A stretch of DNA of 64,000 nucleotides, taken from Chiloscyllium plagiosum (taxonomy: Eukaryota). The translations under genes were made by a program, and so were the position numbers. Within the stretch, counting starts at the first letter, position 1, and each line of letters begins with the position of its first letter. The notes below the pieces were generated by a model, which was not told the DNA's origin, ran no database searches, and saw only the letters and a program-made list of their open reading frames with translations. This document shows positions 54,766-64,000 of this stretch, in pieces. The stretch is taken from contig NC_057753.1 in the NCBI RefSeq assembly GCF_004010195.1, forward strand, positions 12,823,446-12,887,445. The letters are read 5' to 3'.

Positions 54766-54924
54766 CTGCAAACCACTGCTCTCTCCGTTCTTTGTATTGC
54801 TGTGGTTATAATCCTCAATACATTCAAGTTTTGCACAGCTCTCTAAGTGCTCTGTATCACTATGTCCTCACCATCAGTATCGGCATCTTTTTGTACAGCT
54901 CTCTCCGAGCTCTGGATGACAGAG
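54766..54924 (-). repeat. Array of three 23-RSS-like units with exact 60-bp period
   Basis: Unit 1 ctctgtc-atccagagctcggagagagctgt-acaaaaaga (54886-54924). Unit 2 catagtg-atacagagcacttagagagctgt-gcaaaactt (54826-54864). Unit 3 cacagca-atacaaagaacggagagagcagt-ggtttgcag (54766-54804). The two 21-nt linkers are unique. Confidence 0.85.
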
Positions 54925-55233
54925 TGTGCTGAGCGCCGACCCAGTGCACAGCAATACACAGCGGAGTCACTCAGTTGTACTGTGGAGATACGAAAACGAC
55001 TGATTATCGCTGCAGAGTCAGTATCAGCAGAAATTCTCCCTCCGGTTGCATTTTCTGCATTCTGCTCTTCTGAAGTGTATCTTTGAAGCAAGTATTTCAG
55101 AGTCTGTTCTGGGCGTGATCGTTTCAGTAAACTGTGTACTGACAGAACTCTGAATATTTATAGCTTAATATCACAGTGTCACGTGCAGCAGAGGTTTGGA
55201 AAATAGGACTCTGGGTCAACAGAGACGGAGAAT
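54925..55233 (-). pseudogene. NAR-TCR 'supporting' TCR-delta V pseudogene
   Basis: ttccacag|DSPSLLTQSPIFQTSAARDTVILSYKYSEFCQYTVY*, frameshift, then RPEQTLKYLLQRYTSEEQNAENATGGRISADTDSAAIISRFRISTVQLSDSAVYCCALGRR. Extra CDR1 Cys (FCQY), no clear hydrophobic leader nearby, and same strand downstream of a NAR-type V. Confidence 0.85.
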
Positions 55234-56229
55234 CTGTGGAATTAAAAAAAAACTGTTTTTAACGCATTGACTGCTCCAGAAACCTCGTAATCGTGTAAAT
55301 AATTCTGTTAGTAAGATATTTCTCTTAATTTAACGTAGTCTTGAAGTGTCTTTAACATAATTATCAAATTAATGACCAGACTTTGCGTTTCTTGTGTTGA
55401 CACAGTGAATTGTTATGATCCGATTCAAACGTTAGAATGGGTTAGTAGAGTTCAGAATCAAGACTAAAGTTCAAACTGTGATTGCAAGTTTACTACCACA
55501 GGGAATTATCCCAGAAAAACGAGCGAGAGTTACCGAATATGAAAAATGGTTGCTTTTTTGAAGCTTCTGCAATTGCATTACTGACAGTTTGATAATCGGC
55601 TGTGTTTTCTGCTTCCATCACCTTTAATAAAATAATCTTCTTGTGTATTTCTGGCAAAATGTGCATTTGGGAAATCGTTTTATTCTTTCACTCTCCTCCT
55701 TGCTAAGACGATCGCCTTGCAGAATTGGGTAAACGAAAATACCCCTGAGTGTGTTGCATCACTGTCCTCAGTAAAATCCAATGGAAAGTCATAACTATCA
55801 GTAGTGATTCATCTAGATGCCCGCTGATGCACAGTATCAGGGAATAGAATCAAAGAAAAGTGAGGGCACAGTGGAAGTGCATTCGCTCTGGCGTGCACAT
55901 GTTGCCTCTCTGAAAGAGGAATTCAGCCGCTACCATTTCAAACTCTCTACCAAGCAGCCTGGCGCATTCTTCATTCTTTCAAATTTATGCAATTTGCTTT
56001 AGAACACCTGAATCAATTTTGTCTGTCCTGCAGTCTCAGGAAATACATTCCAGATCATAACTGTTTATCTTGCTGTTCCCTTTTTTCTGTAGCCGCAAAT
56101 GCTTCTTTTGTCAATTCACTTAAAGGGGTTATTTTCCGTTGCCGAGTTTTCTACCAACGGGACCAGTTTCACTTTATCTTATCTATTCACGCTCTTCATG
56201 ATTTTGCTTATCTTCAGCAAGTAGGAAGA

Positions 56230-56640
56230 CTGTGAATGCTTTGCAGGGACTCAAAATAGAATTTACCAGGATGACCCCTGCTATGAAAGATACGAGCGAT
56301 GAAGGATTGTATAGATCGGACTTTTGTCATTAGAACGCATGAGGTTGCGGGGAGACGTGATAGAAGTTTATAAGATTGTGAATGGCTTGGAGAGAATGGA
56401 GACTATCGAGCATTTTTTCTCCAGGGTGGCGTGTTAAAGTACTAGGGACACAGGATCAAGGTGCAAGGGGGGAGAGTTCAAAAGCAATATGCGATACAAA
56501 TTTTTCACTACAAAGTAGGGGAGTGCCTGGATTGCGTTATCAGCGGAGATGATGGGTGCACGCACAATATCAGATTTCAAAGCACCTGAAAGAAGACATT
56601 AATAGGAGTGGAATGAAGGGATACGGATCCTATGTGTGAA
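56230..56640 (+). mobile_element. CR1 LINE 3' fragment
   Basis: ...gaggttgcggggagacgtgatagaagtttataagatt... (RLRGDVIEVYKI). Confidence 0.75.
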
Positions 56641-57130
56641 GACCATTGAAGAAAATAAGTTTAGCATGTGTTCGCGGACGCTTCCACAGCTTAAAACCCT
56701 TTTCCTGTGCTGCATTGTTCTTTTTCTGGTTCTTCCTTTTTCTCAAACTTCTCATTTTGAAGAAAAAAGTAGCCCCGACTTCTTCAATCCATCTCCTTCT
56801 CCGAACTCCCAGGACCGTCAAACAATGCTTGTAAATGTCTCTGCATGCTCTATCATGCCTTTCATCCGACATAAGTAACGTTTCCCAGAACCTGACACAA
56901 TGTTCTCGTTGTTGTCAAAGCTGGATCCACAGATTTAACGCAATATCTTTGCTTTTGTACTCAATGTCCCCCTCAATGATGCTTGTGCAGCTGCATGCCT
57001 GATTTTCTGACTTCTTATGACACTTTCTTTATTTTATGCTGGGATGTCAATTGTTTCGACATTTCATTACCACATTGTATCTATAGTCCACTTTTGCAAC
57101 TATGTGTCTTTTCATAAATGCAGAAAGCAA

Positions 57131-57455
57131 GGCTGGCATGGTGGCTCAGTGGTTTGCACTGATGTCTTACAGCACCTTTGACTCGGGATCAATTCCAGCC
57201 TCGGGTTCGCGTCTTTGTGAAGTTTGTACATTCCCTCCATGTCTGCATGGGTTTCCTCCCGATGCTCAGGTTTTTTTCCCACAATCCAAACAAATGTTGG
57301 TTAGCTGAATTGGTCATGGGGAATTCTCCATTCTGCTCAGGGATGTGTCGGTTATGTGCATTCGACAAGGGAATGGGTCTGGGTGGGTTACTCTTCGGAG
57401 CGTGCGTGTGGTCTTGTTGAGTCAAAGGGTCGGTTCTCACACTGTTAGAAATCTA
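57131..57455 (+). mobile_element. HE1-type V-SINE
   Basis: ggcatggtggctcagtggtt, V-domain tgtgaagtttgtacattccctccatgtctgcatgggtttcctcc, and tail cacactgttagaaatcta. Confidence 0.8.
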
Positions 57456-58529
57456 ATTCAATTTCGCTCCATTTCACTTTTCTGAGAATTACTTTAAGCC
57501 ATTTCATTTCAAAATCTATATCTCTCACTTTACGGTATTTATTTGCTAATTTCCATCTTGTGAATTGCTACCGAGTCTCCAGATTGGCGTTTGGGTTTTG
57601 CCACTGCAATTTGCACCTTGGTTTTACCATCGCTGAGTACTAGGTTCTCGGCATGTTGGACAATTTCAAGTCCCTCAGTCCATTGATGACCCGTTCTCCT
57701 TGTTTTGTGGCAAACTGTTCTCTGAAATTTGCCTGAAATGGAATCTTCAGATCAGGATCAGTTCATTCGGGCAATTGCCTGCACCTGTTCTTGTACTCTC
57801 CAAATGCCGCTTCCCTCCTGACTGTGACTAGCATGATTCTTGCTTTCTTCTATTTCCTTCCTTTTTCCGCTCTCTATTTTGCAACTATGCCATCGTCACA
57901 ATAAACCATTCACTCAAAACACTCGATATGTCAGCCAGCTTTACATTCTGAACTGAGTTTGTGCAAATGCATTCCTCTGAATATATCCATCTGTTGTTTT
58001 GGAGATTCTTACAGTTGTACTGAACAGCGTTTTGCTCTGGAACAACATAGAGTTGAACCAATGTATTCACACGCAGTTTATTCAACATTTAACCGCACGT
58101 CAAAGATTTCAATGCAATCTTTTCATACTCTCTGACTTTCGAGATGAGGCCAAGGCTGTTCTAACGCTTAAAACGATGCGTAATTGTGCTCAGCACTATA
58201 CTTAGTGGTGTAAACAAAAACAATGTTGATAATGCAACCTTATATAAGATCTGAACAGGAAAGGTCATTGGTATCTGAGAAGGTCAATAAATTTCAGGAT
58301 TATCAGCATGACTCTTCTATCTTCACATCATGGTCCGCCCTGTTTCCAAATGCATGAACCCCTTTGCTTTCAAACATCTAAGAAAGCTGGGCTTCCTTAT
58401 GGCATCCCTTAAGAGATAGGTAAGATTTAACTTGGTCAACCTGTGTTTTTACAAGGTATTGTGATTTTAGCATCATGGCTCAGAGAAGCACAGGTAACCC
58501 TTCAGTCTAATGCATCCATGACAACCAGA

Positions 58530-59510
58530 TATCATAAAATAATCCAGCCCCATTTGCCAACATTTGCACCATATCCCTTTCAACTCTTCCATGTAATTAA
58601 GCATTCACATGCATTTACGTGTTGCAAGTGCAACACCCTCGACAGCTTCATCTGGAAGTTAATTCAATAGTTCACCACATTCTGCATGAGAACATTGCCC
58701 CTGAAATCAGTTTAAAATCTGCCCCCACCTTCTTATCTAAAATATATGCGCTCTCGGTTTGGACTTCCTAACCCAGGGAAGAAGACGTTGAATAATTACT
58801 CGATCAATGCCTTTCATGATTTTATAAACTTCTGTTAATTAACATCTCAGCCTCTGACTCTGCAGAGAAAGTAGCCTCAACCTATTTAGCGTCTCCTTAC
58901 ACCCGAAACTCTCCAAGCCTGGCACCATCCTTGTAAGTATTTTCTGAACCATTTCGAGCTTCACAATATCTTTCCGATAGCAGTGCGACCAGAATTGAAC
59001 GCAGTATTCCAAATGTGACCGAACCTAAGTCCTGTAAATCCTGTACCTCCTATGCTTAATGTACTGACGAAGAAAGGCAAAGGTACCAAACACTTCTTCA
59101 CGGTACTGTCTATCTGCGACTCTAATTTCAAAGAATAATAAACTTGTGCACCATATCTCTTGTTTGGCAAGACTACCCAGGACCTTAACTGTAAGTGTAC
59201 AAGCATGCCCTGATTTTCCCTATTAAAACGTTGCAGCTCACTATTATCCTGTCTGAACTCCATCTGCCATTCCACCATCCATCGACCCATCTGATCAAGG
59301 TCCCATTGTATTCTGAAGTATCATTCTTTGTTCACTACACCAAAAAAAAATGATGTCACCTGCCATCTTACTAACCACACCTCTTTTATTCACATTTTAA
59401 TCATATATACATAAGTGACAAAAAACAATGAGACTAGCAGCGAACCTTGTGGCACATCGATGGCCACTGTCCTTCCATTCTAAATGCAACCCTCCACCAC
59501 TACCCTCTGA
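58530..59510 (-). mobile_element. CR1 LINE RT C-terminal/3' fragment inside the NAR-TCR cassette
   Basis: MGRWMVEWQMEF...; ...cacatttggaatactgcgttcaattctggtc (HLEYCVQFW). Confidence 0.8.
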
Positions 59511-59817
59511 AGAAACACCGGATCAGATTGCTCTGAAAGGAAGAAGTGAAACGAAACACAAGATATCAGAAGTGGATGCCATCTGGTATCAGTGACTCTT
59601 GAAAGGCATCCGTCATTCCAACAGGAATCGACTGACGACTACCCCACGAATGACATCATTAACAGTTACGCTCAGCATTTACAAAACTCAAAATGTTAAC
59701 AGTGACAAACCAACATTATTTGGACAACTGCGGTATTTTCAGTGAGAGGGGGAAATTAGGGTTACTCAAGGCTAATGGAGTTCGAATTTTCGCTTACTTC
59801 TGTTATAATCTGCGGAG

Positions 59818-60295
59818 AATTTTAGAATCATGGCATGCCGAGCCATATCACTTAGTGTTATAAGTGTACCAAACGTTATAATAATAGGTGACAGTGTCTT
59901 TAACATTCACATTCTGAACATTCAGCAAAATGTCTTTTCTGCTTTACTCGTCCTCACAACAAACCGTCCTCCTGATAAGATCCGGTCCCGCTCTGTTCCA
60001 GTCCGTGCTTGTCTGAAGAAATCTCCCCGCTGCAATGAATATGCAAAGAAACCACCATAGAAAACACAGTCGAGGGTGAGAGACTGGCACTTTGCTTTGT
60101 TGTCCGCTGGTGGGGTCAGTACCACTGAATGACTGACAGTTATTTGTCTGCACGGTGGAACTGTACAAGAAACAACGCCTGTTTTTTTTTTCATGGATTC
60201 GGGGAGCTTTGTACTAAATGTGCACAATGTTAGATTTTTGGATCCATAATCCCGGGTAAATAGTCACACAGTGTAAGAACAAGAATAAGTCCCAT
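59818..60295 (-). pseudogene. NAR-TCR V (IgNAR-like V domain) pseudogene
   Basis: Leader MGLILVLTLCDYLP (60253-60295, donor mutated). Exon SHSVVLTPPADNKAKCQSLTLDCVFYGGFFAYSLQRGDFFRQARTGTERDRILSGGRFVVRTSKAEKTF, frameshift, LLNVQNVNVKDTVTYYY. Short CDR2-less E.I.SGGRF signature typical of NAR V; Cys104>Tyr; decayed RSS ctaagtg+22+tctaaaatt. Confidence 0.88.
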
Positions 60296-62099
60296 TGTGC
60301 TTCTGCCTGGTGCAGCAGATTACTAATACAGTGTAAAAGCTGAAAGATCCTCTGGGAGATGGGAGAGCAAGGCTGAACTGACATACTGCAGAACGATCAA
60401 TTTAATTTGCAGAAGCACCTGTCCACGATCCGGAAGTGAAATCCCTTCCTGCCTTACTCTGGCGTACGGGGGTAGGGTTGGAAACTGTTCTGTGAATAGA
60501 GGCTGCCTTCCTCCGTGCACCCAGAGAGATGAGCTGGGAAGTTGGGTAATGTGGTTTCATTGATGCTGATCTATGAGTTTGAAATGTTGGCCCAGGACAG
60601 TAGGAATTTTCACATTCTGGAAACCTCCATTCATTGCATTCCTCCATTATTAGCAGTAAGTCATTGATATTCACCTGAAATGATTACCAGGATTTTGGCT
60701 CAATGTGGAATCAGAAGGAGTGCTCCTCAGAGATAACCAATCAGAATCAGTCCAACTTCTGAAAGTCAGCTTCAGGTGAGAGATAACTCAGCCAAATTGT
60801 CAATATCCTTTAAAATAGTGCGGAAACATCTTCAACTCTTCCCTTTACCATTGCTTTTATTCAAGCTTATGGGTTTGACGGCTTGAATCAGCAACTCAGG
60901 TTAATTCTGTTGTTACAAAAGATCAAGATTTGTATGAATGTTTCGCAGTACATTTCATGTCTTTTCTGAAAGCAGGAATATATCTAACTTTACCTTAATA
61001 TATTCAAATACCGGCTTATCGTGCCTTTTGGAAAAGAGAGTTGCAAAACCTTACAGCCATCTGTAACAAAAGAAATCGCCTTTATCTCTGTATTAAATGT
61101 TCGAATCCGAATCATCAACCTTGGATTCGAGTTCAAGATTCTGCTAAAGATTAGAACATTCTTTCCGTGCTTACCCTGTCAAGATTCTCAAGGTCTTACG
61201 TGAGCCTGTCAAATGTGCTCGTTCTCTTCTAGCCTCAAACAGGCAAGCCTCCACTGAAAGAAAAGGCAGCCCGTTTTCTCAAAGATACATTCCACCCTGG
61301 CAATGTTTTTCTACAACCTCTACCATCGTGGAGAAGGTACAGAAGCCTGAACATATGCACCAGGCGGTTTCAAAATAGGTTCCATCTTACAGTTTTTGCA
61401 ATACTGAATGGACTCACAAACTCTTAACATTCGCCTGTACCAATGCTTTTGTTTTTGCTCACGTTTACCTATTATTTCCTTATCTATGCGTCTTAACTTT
61501 GTGATCAGCCTGTATTGCTCGCAAGACAAAACATTTTACTGTGCCTTGGTACACGTGACTATAAATTTAATTTATTTCAATTCAATACATTTCTATATTT
61601 TTTCCTTTCCATTCCATCGCAAGACTTCCCATTCACAGCATCATTGACAAATATAACCACATAAATTCGCCATTTGAGTATTCACCACATTTATTTTTAT
61701 GGCCCTTTTTTGATATGGATGTTATAAATTCATTCCTTTAAAAGTGGCATTTTTTTCTGATAATAAAGAAAGCACATTATCAACATTCATTTTCCGCTTT
61801 AACAAGATGTTGTTTCTTGTGATGGCTACCATTCAATTGTTTGAATGATGTCACGGAGCCCATATTCCACAAGGATAAGATGAAATAAATGCACTTCTAT
61901 TATTTTAATGGGCAGACTCCCTATGAGTGAATTATCACTCTGTTATCGTAACTGAAAAACAATTACAGAAGGTCACTGACAATGCTATTGTTGGTGAAGT
62001 ACTACATTATTATTATAGAAATATATTTGTAACATGGCATTGACCACTGTCCTGTGATGCGCTAGTGCAGTGTCACAACAGTTCATATCAAGTTCTGTT

Positions 62100-63977
62100 G
62101 TGTTGCTAATGGTTTGATTAAATGTGAAGGACCTTGCTGCTATTTCTGTGTAAAGGTAAAACTATTGTGTTTTTTGAATGTCATTCACTTTGAAAGTACA
62201 TTCTGTAGGATGCTACACATATGCAGCCCTTCATTATTTCTAAAAATGCAATATTTTCATTCTGAATATCTGAGCATTTCCTGATTTTGGCCATCAATCT
62301 TTCGAATGGCAAATAATCTTGCATGGCTTTGTCTAATGGGCCAAATTTAATCTTCAGAAAGACATGACCCTTTTTCTCTTTAGTTTCCACATTAATTTTG
62401 GATTATTTTCCAATTTCTCAGCAAGAGTATATTTCCATATTACTTTGCCAATATGATCATCATAGTGCCACATTGTCTTTTACTTAACGTCGCTGATTAG
62501 GATTATGGTGTATTTTGCTCTCTGATGTGTGTTATTATATTGACTTGTACTCTTATTCCATTGACCTATTTGTATTCTAATTCAGAAATCATGGTATCCC
62601 TACTATTCAGAGAGAGGCCATTCAAAGCATTAACTGAGCTGGAATTCTTGGAAGACCAACTCTGTAATACCACATTCACCAGAGTTAACCCAACTTTCCA
62701 AACATTTTCTGGACACTATGAGATAACTTAGCATAGCCAATAAGACTAACCTGCATAACTTTGGACTCAGGGAGAAAAGTGGAGCAAACGTACATGGCGA
62801 GATTATGCAAACTCAACACAGGAAATCAACCGAGGTTGGTACCTGGTGCTGTGAAATACCAGGCCTCGCCATTTTGCCATGGTGCCACCCTAAGAGGAAC
62901 GCTTTTCACTTGGGAATAACTATCATAATGTTAATTTGTAATTTCCAATTCAAATTCACGTCTCAAAAATATCGATTTCCTACAAATTCTTGAGAATAGT
63001 TGGTGTTATCCCTTGATATCAGATTCTATTTCTCCTCTGCTTCTACATGCACGTGTATATGTCACTATGACATTTGACCTGGTTGTGATCTTTCCCAACG
63101 AAAATGCGGTCTTTCTAGTTGCATTATTTATTACCTGGTGTCCATGGAAGTGGTAGATCTCCTAGACGTGATAACTGCTGTAATATTAAACCACGTTGCT
63201 GGAATTTATTTCCCATCAAGTTTCTTGTTCATCACTCCCGTGTGCAATCTCCGTGATGCCACCATCTACACAGCTATAAATTGCTCAGGATGGTTTACCG
63301 TTAAGTTTACCTTTGATCGATTTGTTTCCATTTCTTGTCAGAAACTGAAAATTATATACAGCAGGGAACAGGTAGTGGCACAGGTTATTGGAATCGTGAT
63401 TGTACTCATCTGTATAAAAAGTGCCATTATGTTTTTTTAATTGATGAATCTGTCGACATAACTAAATAGTGTACCCTGGTTCTGCAACGTAAAATTAATA
63501 TTTATATGTTCCCTGCATGGGCAGCTTTTGATTGGATTTGTGCCATTTTAACCCCTTTGTCTTTCTTTCTTTCATTCTGATTTTAAGGCTAAATGCTCAA
63601 ACTGTCAGACATTTTATAGTAGCCAATACAGCCAGCAGGACACTCCGAATTCAGAGCAGTGGAGAATATCAAAGGGATGCAGAGATGGGGAAACACAAAA
63701 AGACCATGGTTTTACTCTTCACCATCTCGGGCAGCTTCATCCTGTTATATTCTTTATTTTTCATAGTTACGATGTCTATCCAAATTGTGAATGTACGTTA
63801 ATTCTCAGTTTTCAATTTAAGTCAGTTGACATTTATTCAGCAGGAAAGTGTATACTTGCTTCAGTTTATGAGTTCCTGAACAACCCATTCATTTATACAG
63901 CAACGCAAAGTAAATTCAGAGCCGAGTTAAAAAATGGCTTGAAGTATTGTGTAAGCTTTGAAAATAATTACACCTAA
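62100..63977 (+). pseudogene. GPR139/GPR142-like GPCR pseudogene (exon 1 remnant ends 62155; exon 2 ~63075-63977)
   Basis: Exon 1-like LAAISV*|gtaaaac. Exon 2 KCGLSSCIIYYLVSMEVVDLL...CSGWFTVKFTFDRFVSISCQKLK...LNAQTVRHFIVAN...FIYTATQSKFRAELK, with frameshifts and stops. Confidence 0.88.
62720..62890 (-). mobile_element. Degenerate V-SINE fragment
   Basis: Reverse complement of the SINE head and core (...ctttggact..gggag..aa.tggagca...tgcaaactc...ggtgccaccc). Confidence 0.6.
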
Positions 63978-64000
63978 CATAAATCGATGTCAAATTGCAA

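Noticed and set aside
54766-54924. Repeat-spacer layout as a CRISPR array
   Set aside because: Vertebrate DNA, no cas genes, and the repeats are V(D)J RSS units.
55360-55590. D/J-like or leader-like signals just upstream of the supporting V (cacagtg at 55401; donor-like cg|gtaact at ~55533)
   Set aside because: Spacer lengths and nonamers do not fit 12/23, there is no GxGT motif, and the peptide is not a hydrophobic leader.

Overview
Eukaryotic (not microbial) DNA, inferred to be from a shark, probably a carpet or bamboo shark, based on HE1-type V-SINEs, CR1/HER1 LINEs and Penelope-derived foldbacks. The window is part of a T-cell receptor alpha/delta variable-gene region. It holds about 15 V segments or remnants on both strands, most with 22/23-bp-spacer RSSs. 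One V looks fully canonical (21753-22185, -). One V is an open ORF that lacks Cys23 and Trp41 (5009-5641, +). The rest are pseudogenes. Toward the right end is a decayed NAR-TCR cassette: an IgNAR-like V at 59.9-60.3 kb and a CDR1-cysteine 'supporting' V-delta at 54.9-55.2 kb. That supporting V is followed by three 23-RSS-like units in tandem at an exact in-frame 60-bp period, which is the most unusual signal here. Three two-exon GPR139/GPR142-like class A GPCR genes are interleaved with the V genes: one intact (42184-46748) and two pseudogenes. No C region or confident TCR J cluster is seen. All calls come from reading the sequence by eye; no database searches were run.
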